A stretch of DNA of 64,000 nt. It comes from Candidatus Marinacidobacterales bacterium (lineage in GTDB: Bacteria; Acidobacteriota; Vicinamibacteria; Marinacidobacterales; DATDRI01). This document shows positions 1-9,645 of the stretch, piece after piece. How positions within the stretch are numbered: position 1 is the stretch's first letter; each line of letters begins with the position of its first letter. The stretch spans positions 3,776,001 through 3,840,000 of the forward strand of contig OZ245365.1 in the NCBI GenBank assembly GCA_965226495.1, read 5' to 3'. Below the pieces are notes generated by a model, which did not search any database, was not told the DNA's origin, and was given only the letters and a program-made list of their open reading frames with translations. The translations under genes and the position numbers were made by a program.

Positions 1-2426
1 CATCTTCGGTGGGAGCGATGCGCGGACCAAGGGACGCCGGCGGCTTGAAACGTGTATGCCTCATTCCAAGCGGCTCGAATATAGTTTCTGTCGCCATCGC
101 GTCCAAGCTCCGACCCGATACTCGTTCGAGAATCTCACCTAATAGAATGAACCCGAGATCGGAGTAGACCGATTTGGATCGGGGTGGGTAATCGAGGGGG
201 AGTCGAGAGATCTCCTCGACATAGCGTTTCCTCACCCGAGCCGCCGACCCTTCGCTCGATAGGGTCTTGTAATAGTCTTTCCACCAGAGGATTCCGCTCG
301 AATGAGCGAGAAGGTCGGCGACAGTAATTACATCCTTGCCTTCGCCGGCAAGCTCGGGCAGGTAATCTCGGACGGGCGCCTCGAGTCTCAGTTCCTCTTT
401 CTCGACGAGGACCATCGCCAGCGTTGTCGTCACAACGACTTTGGTCAATGACGCAACGTCGTAGATCGTGTCCATCGTCACGAGGGGCGCATCCTCCGAA
501 TAGCTTTGCCGGCCGAAGGCACGTTCCATCGCGAGCTTGCCCTCCCGCGCGACCACCACGCTTCCGCCAGGGAAGGCCTTCGACTTCAACCCGTCATCTA
601 GAACACCGGCGGCGACCCGCAGACGGACTTCGGAAAAGCCCGCGTCTTTGGGAGACTCGATTTCGCCCAACTCCATCTTTCGTTGCTCGAGTGAAATGCC
701 GTAACCAACAGGATACTTCTCCGAGAGCCGCACGGGAAGCGTCCCCCCGATACCGATCTCACCGAAAAGGGCTTTGGCGACCGCACGCTGCGAACCCGCC
801 GAAAAATCAAAAACCGCAACAACCGCCGAAACGCGTGGAAGCTCGACGACCGTGTACGGATCGCCCATCATCGCGGCAACGACCGTCCGTCCGCTCTGTA
901 CCAGCTCATCGAGCGCCTCCCAAAGTTCCCACGGAATGATCGGTCGTTCATTCGCCTGGCGAGAGCTAACGAAGCTCGCAAACACCACCACATCGACATC
1001 GTTCGCCAACTGAATCATCTCCTCGATCCGTGCGGAAGCGCTCTCGGGTGTCAACGTCAAGAACAGGACATCTTCCGACCTTGCTTCGAGATCAACCTTC
1101 AACGCCGCATCCAGCGAAGGGCCACGTCGGTCCTGTTCGTAAACGTAGCTCACGACAAGGGAACGGGAAGTGTCGGCCACGGGAAGCGCATCGGCGTCAT
1201 TCTCGAGCAACGTAATCGATCGGTCGGCGATCTCCTGCACTCGTTGCTCGAAACGAGGATCGGCGACGAAACGAGGGATGTTTCGCAGATCCACGGTTCG
1301 CCGGCGCAGAAGATCGAGACGCGATTTGGCTTCCAGAATGCGCCTCACTGATTGATCGATGCGCTCCTCCGAGAGCTCGCCACGACCGACCGCTCGTATC
1401 ACCGCATCCCATGCCGTGAGCGGATCGGGCGGCACGACAAGTATGTCGCATCCCGCCTTGACCGCAGCGACCGCCACCGCGCCCCCCCACGATCCATCGC
1501 GCGCCCCTCCCATGTCGAGGGCATCGCTCACGATCAAACCCCTGAACTGCATCTCCTCGCGCAGCAACCCTTGCAGGATCTCGGGAGAAAAAGTTGCGGG
1601 GCGATCTCTGCGTCCGTCGAGAGACGGCACCGCCATATGCGCTGCCATTACCGCGGCAACGTCCGCTCCGATGGCGGCACGGAAGGGCGCGAGCTCTACC
1701 TCCTCGAGTCGAGCACGCTCCAAATGAAGTACGGGGAGAGATCGGTGCGAGTCGACGGCGGTCGCCCCGTGCCCCGGAAAATGCTTGGCGGTCGCAAGGA
1801 GCCCTTTTTCCTGGGCCCGGGAAACGAACGCCGCTCCCAGACGACTCACTCCTTCCGGGGCCTCGCCATAGGAACGCGTGTTAATAACCGAATTCGCCGG
1901 GTTCACGTTGAGGTCTAGTACCGGCGCGAAGATCAGGTGAATACCGATCGCACGCGCCTCGCGAGCAGTCACTTCCGCCTGAAAGCGAACGTCGTCTTCA
2001 TTCCCGCTCGCGCCGATCGCCATGGCGCTCGGGAACCGGGTGGCGCCTCGAACTCGAAAGGCGGTGCCCCACTCGTAATCCGAAGCCATCAACAATGGCA
2101 CCGGCGCAGCCGTCTGCAAGCGATTCGCGATGACGGCAATGGCTAAGGGATCGCCTTGAAAGAAAACCACTCCGCCGATCCGACCCGCTGCGGCGGCCTG
2201 TTCCAAAGCTTGTAGCTCCGGAGCGTTCTGGTGCACAAAGAAACCCTCTGACCGAGCCAGGATCATCTGACCGACTTTCTCGCCGAGGGTTAGAGAGGCC
2301 AGCGTCTCGCTCGCCCACCGGTCTCGCATGTCTGGCGGCAGTGGAGCCGTCGACCGCACACACGACGTGAGGACCAGCGCCAAACCGATGGTGAACAAGA
2401 GTCTAGGGCTCGTGGGGGGGGGCCAT
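1..2426 (-). CDS. GH3 beta-N-acetylglucosaminidase fused to a C-terminal beta-lactamase-family serine hydrolase; probable lipoprotein; runs off the window start
   Basis: Manual minus-strand translation in one frame gives EKVGQM, D-x-E-x-G (SDYEWG), NTRSYGE, KHFPGHG and SDALDMG (GH3), then SLTK (SxxK), LLAHSSG and YSDLG (beta-lactamase fold). Lipobox-like LVLTSC near the N-terminus. Absent from the ORF track because there is no stop inside the window. The ATG at 2426 is out of frame by one base in a C9 tract; TTG at 2398 is the in-frame alternative. Confidence 0.88.
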
Positions 2427-2519
2427 CAGCGCATCATTCTACTACCTACTACTCGTCTTTATTTGCGAGCCGAGCTCTGCTTTTCGGCGTCCAGCCGGCT
2501 CCAAGGTATACTGCCGGTC

Positions 2520-3125
2520 ATGAAAAAGATCGCTCTTGTACTAGGGCTGTTCATTTCCGCAGCCACGGTAGCTCAAGGCCACACTCGTCAGGAAACGACG
2601 CAGAGTGCCAAAGCCACCTTCGCGGGAGGCTGCTTCTGGTGCATGGAAGAAGCCTTGGAGAAGGTCGATGGCGTCGCGTCCGTCGTCTCCGGCTACGCGG
2701 GAGGCACGGAGGCGAACCCGACCTACAAGGAAGTCTCGTCCGGCAGGACCGGTCACACCGAAGCCGTCGAGGTCGTCTACGATCCGGGAAGCGTGAGCTA
2801 CGGCGAATTGCTGGAGGTGTTCTGGCGCAACATCGATCCCACCGATGGAAGCGGCCAGTTCTGCGACAAGGGCCCCCAGTATCGCTCCGCCATCTTCTAC
2901 CACGACGAGGAGCAGAAAGGACTCATCGAGGAATCGCTGCAATCGCTGGAGGATACGAAACCGTTCGACGAGCCGATCGTCACTGAAATCGTGCCGGCCT
3001 CGATGTTCTACCAAGCCGAGGACTATCACCAGGATTACTACGAGCGGAATCCTATCCGCTACCGGTACTACAAGTACGGCTGCGGCCGGACCCAGCGATT
3101 GAAGGCTCTTTGGGGGCCTAAATAA
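2520..3125 (+). CDS. msrA: Peptide-methionine (S)-S-oxide reductase MsrA with signal peptide
   Basis: FAGGCFWC, GYAGG, TGHTE, QYRSAIF and AEDYHQDY motifs; MKKIALVLG... signal peptide from ATG 2520. Confidence 0.95.
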   Translation: MKKIALVLGLFISAATVAQGHTRQETTQSAKATFAGGCFWCMEEALEKVDGVASVVSGYAGGTEANPTYKEVSSGRTGHTEAVEVVYDPGSVSYGELLEVFWRNIDPTDGSGQFCDKGPQYRSAIFYHDEEQKGLIEESLQSLEDTKPFDEPIVTEIVPASMFYQAEDYHQDYYERNPIRYRYYKYGCGRTQRLKALWGPK

Positions 3126-3287
3126 TACCTAAGTAATAGAAGAGTAATAGCTGAGCAATAGAACAAGAATAAAGAAGACGAGCGGACGCCCCTCTTCCGA
3201 ACTAACCGCCGACCTCCTCGCCCCGGTTCCCTCCGACTGCATACAATAGGTCTGTTTCCGGGAATACCCTTATCCCAAACACCTAGA

Positions 3288-6203
3288 ATGTCGAGAAGCC
3301 GCGAACCAGAGCAACCCCAGGAAAAGCCCAGGCTCGTTCTCTGTGCCGGTTGGCGGGGCGTTCAAAAACACCTCCTGGAATCGCTCGACGCCAAAGATTC
3401 CGTCAGTGCTCTCTCGATACGGGAGATCGTGATCGTGGTCCCCACGGCAGCGGCCGGTCACCTTCTTCGAAATACGCTCGAGCAGCAGCTCCTAGATCAG
3501 CGGGTGGCGACCTTTCTGCCAACCATCACGTCGATGAGTGCGCTCACGAGGAACCTCGTGGAACGTTCCCTGGGGCGCGTTCGCCTGGTCGATCCGCTCT
3601 TGCGCGAGGCGCTCTTGGAGCAGGCGCTATCGGAAGCCGCTCAATCAGGGACACCGCCACCCTTCACATCAGGCGAAGCCCTGTCCCCCCGCATTCTGGC
3701 GTTTTACGACGAGCTCTGGTCGGCCGGGCATCACCTCGAAGATTTTGTATCCCGTGCCGAGGAGGAGTTTGATGTCCCGGAGGATGTCGGTGCCAAACGC
3801 ATGGCTGAGCAAACCCGCTTTCTCGGTGAAGGCCTGAAACGCTACCAGGAAAAGCTTTCCGCACTTGGACTAGAGGATGGGACGACGGTGTTCGCGGCCC
3901 TTCTGGAGCGCGGCGCGCCGTTTCCTTATCGGAGAGCCTTCCTCATGGGCCCGGACGCGATTACGGCCAGAGAACTTTCCTTCTTAGGCTCCCTCGCCGG
4001 TCTAGATTCGCTCGAACATCTGGTTTCCGAAAGTATGGCGCGCGCTCACACTGTCCAAAGCCTCCATGGTTCGGCCGCAGTCCCATCGATCGACGCGCCC
4101 GCCGGCACCGCCTCCCCCACGTTGCTGAGACCCGAAGGAGAGAACGCGATCGCTTTCGTCGGAAGAGATCGGGAAGAGGTGCTTGTTGAAGTAGCCCGTC
4201 TTCTCAAGGCGCGAGCAGCAACCGGAAGTCTTCCCGCCTTGGAGCGCATCGCCGTCGTCGTACCCTCCCCACTCCCTTACCTTTACCTTGCCAAGAAAGC
4301 ACTCGGTCAAGCGGGCATTCCCTATCAATTGCAGGACGACTTTCCACTGGCCACCGAACCTTACCTGGCTGCCTCCGATTTGGTGCTGTCCTATGTTGAG
4401 CTCGACGGTAGCCGGAGCGCCGCGCTCGCTTTGCTACGCAGCCCTTTCTTTCGTTTTCCCGATGTGGGTTCGGCTGCGGTCGCCACTTTGGATCGCGAGC
4501 TTACCAAAGCGCGAGAAGTAGGAGGGTGGAAGGTCTGGCGTCGTATGCTGGCCGCCCTGAAACGACTTCCCGTGCAGCCCCCCCTACCCGGAATGGAAGA
4601 GCAAGAGCACACAGAGCTCGCCGCTATTTCCGCCTTGGTGCAAGCGGCCGAGCACTTGGCTCCGCTGGCCGATTCCGGTACCCCTCTCAGCGAAAAGGTC
4701 GAATCGTTTCGGAGTTTCCTAACAAAATACGGACGCCCCCCACATGAGGAAGACACGGTCGGTGAGCCGACGCGTCACGGGCGGGCACGGGGAGCGTTGC
4801 TTTCCATCCTGGAACGACTATCGGATGCGGCCAGGAAAGTGGGAGACCCCCCCATAGCGTTCCAAGCCTTCCAGGACAAGCTTCACCGCGCCATCGAGTC
4901 TCATACGTTCTCGACTCGAGCTGGCCGCGGTGGAATCCAGATCGTCGACGCCCGTTCGGTCGGCCTCGGCGCCTTCGAGATGGTCGTGCTGGTCGGGCTC
5001 AACGAAGGCGAGTGGCCGGCTCGCTCCGATCGAAACATCTTTTACCCCCAGTGGCTACTCAAAGACTTCGGCTGGCCCAACGACACCGAGCTACTCGCCG
5101 CCGAGCGGGCATCATTCACCGAGCTGCTTCACTTGTCTTCGGGCTCGGTGGCGGTGTTCCGACACGAGCTGGAGGAAGAAATCCCCACGGTGGCTTCGCC
5201 CTTTCTCGAAGAGGTCTCCCAAACGATCACCGGGAGACAAGAGCGTGTACCCGCGGAGGCGCTCCAGGGACTCGTCATCTCACGTGTCGAGGCCTTGCGC
5301 ACCGGTCTGGCTCCGATTGACGAACGATACGTGAACGATCGGAGACCCAACACCAGAGAGCTTCCATTCCTGGAGCCAAAAACGGTCTCCGCAACGGCCT
5401 TCGAGCTCTACCTGAGGTGTCCCTTCAAATATTTTTCGCGACACATTCTTGGTATCGAAGAAGAGGAAGACTTCGACGAAGGGATGACGCCGATGCAGCG
5501 AGGCATTCTCATGCATGACATTCTGAGAAAGGGCTTCGAGCAGTGGGACGGCGTCGATGACCAGCCGCATCCGATCACCGAGGACAACTACCACGAGGCG
5601 ATGGCCTTGTTTCGGCGGGTGGCAGCCAAGCGGCTTCCTCCGGAGCGACGTTCCTTGGAGATGGAGCGGCTCTTCGGCGGTCCAGGCCAGACCGGCGAGA
5701 TCGAATGGTTGCTCCGTCAAGAGATGGAAAAGGAACCGCTTCGCCGTCGCCTAGTGGAGTACGGCTTCCAGAACCACTTTCAATTCCCCGAAGGTCCCCA
5801 TCAAGAAAAACCCTGGTTCGTTCGGATCAAAGGGCGGGCCGATCGCGTCGACATCGACTCGCGAGGCTCGCTCCATGTCCTCGACTACAAGAGCGGAAGA
5901 GCACCCGAGGCAAGGTTATCCCTGCAAGTGCCGCTCTACGCCATGTGTCTCGAACAGCAACTTGGGGCTCGAGCCGTTGGAGCATCGTACCTGAGCCTTC
6001 GCGAACGGAAGGCCGTTCCCCGTCAGGATTTCCAGAAAGCAGCGACCCTGCTCAAGGACACCTACCGGAATGTCTCCGACGGACGCTTCGCTCCTCACCC
6101 TTCGCAAGACTTTCTCTGCAACACTTGCGGCTACGTGGGAGTTTGCCGAAAGGAAATCGAAGAGAGCTCCGGGCGAGAACCGGAGCCCGAGGCCGGGTCA
6201 TGA
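3288..6203 (+). CDS. addB: AddB-like subunit with C-terminal PD-(D/E)XK nuclease and Fe-S cysteines
   Basis: SATAFELYLRCPFKYF, RGILMH, GRADRVD...DYKSG, QVPLY and C-x2-C-x5-C at the C-terminus; ATGA overlap with the downstream helicase. Confidence 0.85.
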   Translation: MSRSREPEQPQEKPRLVLCAGWRGVQKHLLESLDAKDSVSALSIREIVIVVPTAAAGHLLRNTLEQQLLDQRVATFLPTITSMSALTRNLVERSLGRVRLVDPLLREALLEQALSEAAQSGTPPPFTSGEALSPRILAFYDELWSAGHHLEDFVSRAEEEFDVPEDVGAKRMAEQTRFLGEGLKRYQEKLSALGLEDGTTVFAALLERGAPFPYRRAFLMGPDAITARELSFLGSLAGLDSLEHLVSESMARAHTVQSLHGSAAVPSIDAPAGTASPTLLRPEGENAIAFVGRDREEVLVEVARLLKARAATGSLPALERIAVVVPSPLPYLYLAKKALGQAGIPYQLQDDFPLATEPYLAASDLVLSYVELDGSRSAALALLRSPFFRFPDVGSAAVATLDRELTKAREVGGWKVWRRMLAALKRLPVQPPLPGMEEQEHTELAAISALVQAAEHLAPLADSGTPLSEKVESFRSFLTKYGRPPHEEDTVGEPTRHGRARGALLSILERLSDAARKVGDPPIAFQAFQDKLHRAIESHTFSTRAGRGGIQIVDARSVGLGAFEMVVLVGLNEGEWPARSDRNIFYPQWLLKDFGWPNDTELLAAERASFTELLHLSSGSVAVFRHELEEEIPTVASPFLEEVSQTITGRQERVPAEALQGLVISRVEALRTGLAPIDERYVNDRRPNTRELPFLEPKTVSATAFELYLRCPFKYFSRHILGIEEEEDFDEGMTPMQRGILMHDILRKGFEQWDGVDDQPHPITEDNYHEAMALFRRVAAKRLPPERRSLEMERLFGGPGQTGEIEWLLRQEMEKEPLRRRLVEYGFQNHFQFPEGPHQEKPWFVRIKGRADRVDIDSRGSLHVLDYKSGRAPEARLSLQVPLYAMCLEQQLGARAVGASYLSLRERKAVPRQDFQKAATLLKDTYRNVSDGRFAPHPSQDFLCNTCGYVGVCRKEIEESSGREPEPEAGS

Positions 6204-9200
6204 ATCGAGATTTCCTGCCCGAAGACCGTTTGGCTCGCGAGCAGGCCGCCGATCCCCGCTTCAACGTAGCGCTCGAGGCCTCAGCTGGTACCGGCAAAAC
6301 CAGCGTCTTGGTCGACCGCTATGTCCGCCTCATCGAGGAAGGTGCTTCGCCACGTCACATTTTGGCGATTACGTTTACCCGGAAGGCTACCGGTGAAATG
6401 AAGAGCCGCATCATCGAGGAGCTTCGTCGCCGAGGCCAGCTGTGGTCAGCGGTGCGGGAAAGACTCTTCGATATCCACATTGCCACTATCGATGCCTTCT
6501 GTCTCGGCCTTCTCAAAGAATTCCCCCTCGAGGCCGGGCTCAACCCAGACATCGAGCTGCTGGACGAAGTCGACACGCAGCGTCTCACCGAGATAGCGGT
6601 CGAAGAGTCGTTGGCAGAGACAGCATCGCCCGATGGGCCGGACATGGGTTTCTTAACGTCGGTCTTCGGAGAGCCGGCCCTTCGTCGTAGTCTGCGTGAC
6701 CTCCTACGAAGCCGCCTGGTCAAAGAAGAAGCCCTCCGTCGCTTCGTGGATCGCCACGTCCCCCGCGAGCTCGACCTCGAATCCTCTCTTCGGCGCATGG
6801 TCGAAGGCCTGAGCGATATTTTGGGCGGCAGAGAAGGCGTGGAGCGGCTCTTGTCCTCGGGGCCCGATCCGTCACCACGCTCCCGCGCGCTGGGGTTCGC
6901 CTTCCGGCGAGCGATCGATCCCGAGCGGGCGACACCCCTCGACGTCGAGCAAGTAGTGTCCCATTTCCTGACACAAGAAGAACGCCTCCCTCGCAAGAAA
7001 CTCGCAAACTTTTTTGGCGCGCGAGATTTTGCCGACCGCGCCACCTACGAGAACCATCGAAACCAAGTGCTCGCTCTTGCCCCGGCCGTATCCGAGGCCT
7101 ACGCGCGCTGGTTCGGCGACCGGGACCTCTACGGTGTCCGGGAGCTCTGGAGGCTTTTTCGCGTAGCTTCCAGGCGATTCCAAACCTTGAAGGAATCCCG
7201 GCGGGGACTAGACTTCACCGACGTGCTGGTACGCGCAGTGAAGCTTCTCGAGCGGCGCGAGGAGTTTTCTCAAAGCCGCTTCCGCTTGGAGTCCCGATAC
7301 CATCATCTTCTTATCGACGAGTTTCAAGACACTAACGACGTTCAGTGGCGATTGCTGCGAGCGCTCATCGATTCTTGGGGGGAGGGCTCGGGTCTCGTGC
7401 AGGATGCGATTTTGGCAGAGCAATCGGCAGGAAGGGGCAGCGGCGTGCTGCAAGAACCTTCCATCTTTGTCGTCGGGGACCGGAAACAATCCATCTACGG
7501 TTGGCGAGACGCCCGCGTGGAGGTGATGGAAAAGGCGGCACGCCAGGTGTTGAGACTGAGGCCGAGAGGCGGTCGGCGCTTGACGATCCGCCAAAGCTTC
7601 CGTGCCAAAGGAGACCTCCTCGATTTCTTGAACGATGTCTTTTCCGGAGTTCCCCAAATAGGGCAGGAGCTCGAGTGGTCCTTTCGATACGGCGAAGCAG
7701 ACCACTTTCCGGTATTGGAAAAGGAAGAGGGCGCACAACCGGTTAGTCTCGTCGTCGAGCCCAATCTACCAAGAGCGGCGTCAGCCGTTGCCGACGAGAT
7801 CGTGCGGCTCCTCGAAGAGGAGCGCTGCCGCCCCAAGGACGTCGCGATCCTGTTTCGGAGCCGGACCCACTATCGAGTCTACGAGGAGGCTCTCGCGGAA
7901 CGAGGCGTACCGGCTTATGTCTACCGAGGCCTCGGATTCTTCGACTCATCGGAGGTTAAAGACATCCAAGCGTTGGTACGGTTTCTCTCCGAGCCGGGAT
8001 CCGAGCTTCGTGCCGCCGAGCTTCTGCGTTCTCGATTCGTCGCACTTTCGGACGGCGGCCTGGCTCGCATCGCTGCGGGACGGGGACCACGTGGAAGCGA
8101 GGGCCCGTTGGCGAAACTACTTCGGGGCGGAAGCCGGTCGACAGACTTTCCGCCCACGCTGTCCGAGGAAGACCGGGCCGCCGCTCTGCGGGCCGCCACC
8201 ACCGTCCCGAACTGGCTTCGGCGAGTGGACCGTCTACCTCCCGCGGACCTGATACTTCAAATCCTCGAAGAAACGGATTACCCGGCCTGGTTGACGGGGC
8301 GCAAGGGCCAACAGGGTTGGGAGAATCTAAAGAAGGTCCTGGAGATGGTTCGACGGGCGCAGAATCGCGGCTACTTGACGCTGGCGCGCCTCGCCGAATA
8401 CCTCGATAGTGCTTCCACCGGAGAGGAATCGCTAGCCGTCCTAGAAGCCGTGGACGCGGTTAACCTCATGACGATCCATGCCGCCAAAGGGTTGGAATTC
8501 GATACTGTCTTTGTGGTCAACATGGATCAAAAAACACGCACCGATACGTCACTGCCTCGCATCAAGGAAAAACCGAACGGAGACGCCGAGGTCCACGCCT
8601 TGGGGAGACCGGAGGCGGAAGGCCCAGCTCGAACCGTAGAGGAAGAAAAACGGCTGCTCTATGTCGCCCTGACCCGCAGTCGCAAGGGGCTCATCCTCTG
8701 TGCCTCTGACTTAGCAGACGGTGAATCACAGACAACATTCTTGCACTTGCTACCGGAGGAGCTGCGCGCCCTCTTCCACGAGGCGCTCGGGAGTGACAAG
8801 CAGGAATTGTCTTGGACGCCGAAGCTCCAAACGCACCGACTCAGACTGCTCCGCCCTGCGCCCGAGCCGCGTCGACACCGAGGCACACGAGAAGAGCCGA
8901 CCTACCGTGACGCACTCGGGCTTCTTGAAGATGCAAGACCAGAACGAGTCACAGTGAGTGAGCTGGTTCGTGAGCACGTGGGGGAAAATACGGCGCCCTG
9001 GGATCTCGAGCCGGTGGACACTACGGTCGGGAAATTGGTTCACCGCATGTTCGAGTTCGATGTGGACGATGGCGCGTCCCTAACCGATGTCGCGGTGGCG
9101 CTTTCAGCAGAGCTCTTCGATCGAGGTCCTAGCGAACGGGAACGGACGGCGCACGCCGCGGCAAAGCTCTACCAAGCCCTGCGAGCAAGCACTCCGTTAC

Positions 9201-9526
9201 GGGAGCTGCTCACCAAGGGACAGGTGTTTCGCGAGGTTCCGTTTTCGTTTCGTCGCCCCCAGCAGAACGTCCAAAGTGTTCAGATCGTCCGCGGCACCAT
9301 CGACAGCGTTGTCGTCTTCGAAGACCGCATCGTGGTCATCGATTACAAGACCGGCACCCGGAGCGATTCGCATCGCCTGCAGATGGAGCTCTATGTCGAG
9401 GCGGCTCGGGAGTTATTCCCCGATCGTCCCGTCGAGGGGCTCGTTTTCTACGCTACGGGTTCGCCCCTTCGCGTCGCATCAGAACAAAGTGACGGAGAAC
9501 CCGGAGCTCAGCTCGAGTTATTCTAG
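6200..9526 (+). CDS. addA: AddA-like UvrD helicase-nuclease
   Basis: ASAGTGKT (Walker A), TFTRKA, IDEFQD, VGDRKQSIYGWR, TIHAAKGLEF, EEKRLLYVALTR, and C-terminal GTID...DYKTG...QMELY nuclease. ATG 6200 overlaps the addB stop. Confidence 0.9.
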   Translation: MNRDFLPEDRLAREQAADPRFNVALEASAGTGKTSVLVDRYVRLIEEGASPRHILAITFTRKATGEMKSRIIEELRRRGQLWSAVRERLFDIHIATIDAFCLGLLKEFPLEAGLNPDIELLDEVDTQRLTEIAVEESLAETASPDGPDMGFLTSVFGEPALRRSLRDLLRSRLVKEEALRRFVDRHVPRELDLESSLRRMVEGLSDILGGREGVERLLSSGPDPSPRSRALGFAFRRAIDPERATPLDVEQVVSHFLTQEERLPRKKLANFFGARDFADRATYENHRNQVLALAPAVSEAYARWFGDRDLYGVRELWRLFRVASRRFQTLKESRRGLDFTDVLVRAVKLLERREEFSQSRFRLESRYHHLLIDEFQDTNDVQWRLLRALIDSWGEGSGLVQDAILAEQSAGRGSGVLQEPSIFVVGDRKQSIYGWRDARVEVMEKAARQVLRLRPRGGRRLTIRQSFRAKGDLLDFLNDVFSGVPQIGQELEWSFRYGEADHFPVLEKEEGAQPVSLVVEPNLPRAASAVADEIVRLLEEERCRPKDVAILFRSRTHYRVYEEALAERGVPAYVYRGLGFFDSSEVKDIQALVRFLSEPGSELRAAELLRSRFVALSDGGLARIAAGRGPRGSEGPLAKLLRGGSRSTDFPPTLSEEDRAAALRAATTVPNWLRRVDRLPPADLILQILEETDYPAWLTGRKGQQGWENLKKVLEMVRRAQNRGYLTLARLAEYLDSASTGEESLAVLEAVDAVNLMTIHAAKGLEFDTVFVVNMDQKTRTDTSLPRIKEKPNGDAEVHALGRPEAEGPARTVEEEKRLLYVALTRSRKGLILCASDLADGESQTTFLHLLPEELRALFHEALGSDKQELSWTPKLQTHRLRLLRPAPEPRRHRGTREEPTYRDALGLLEDARPERVTVSELVREHVGENTAPWDLEPVDTTVGKLVHRMFEFDVDDGASLTDVAVALSAELFDRGPSERERTAHAAAKLYQALRASTPLRELLTKGQVFREVPFSFRRPQQNVQSVQIVRGTIDSVVVFEDRIVVIDYKTGTRSDSHRLQMELYVEAARELFPDRPVEGLVFYATGSPLRVASEQSDGEPGAQLELF

Positions 9527-9645
9527 TTAACGCATTTGAATACAATAACTTGCAGAGAAGCTCGCTTCATGTCCCGGTGTCGCCTTTCCTCCAAAATCCC
9601 TTCCGTAGTATCATTAAACTACACAATCTAATACATGAGGTCTGC

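Noticed and set aside
424-2363. Many short ORFs listed in the first 2.4 kb
   Set aside because: They are shadow frames of the minus-strand GH3/beta-lactamase gene that the track omitted.
3124-3175. AT-rich AATAG-like short repeats after msrA
   Set aside because: Irregular spacing and low complexity; cannot be supported as iterons or operator sites.
5705-6199. 165-aa N-terminal extension of the helicase ORF
   Set aside because: It overlaps the addB nuclease domain; ATG 6200 coupled to the addB stop is the better start.
3288-9526. Helicase-nuclease pair as an anti-phage defence system
   Set aside because: The architecture and order match housekeeping AddAB recombination repair.
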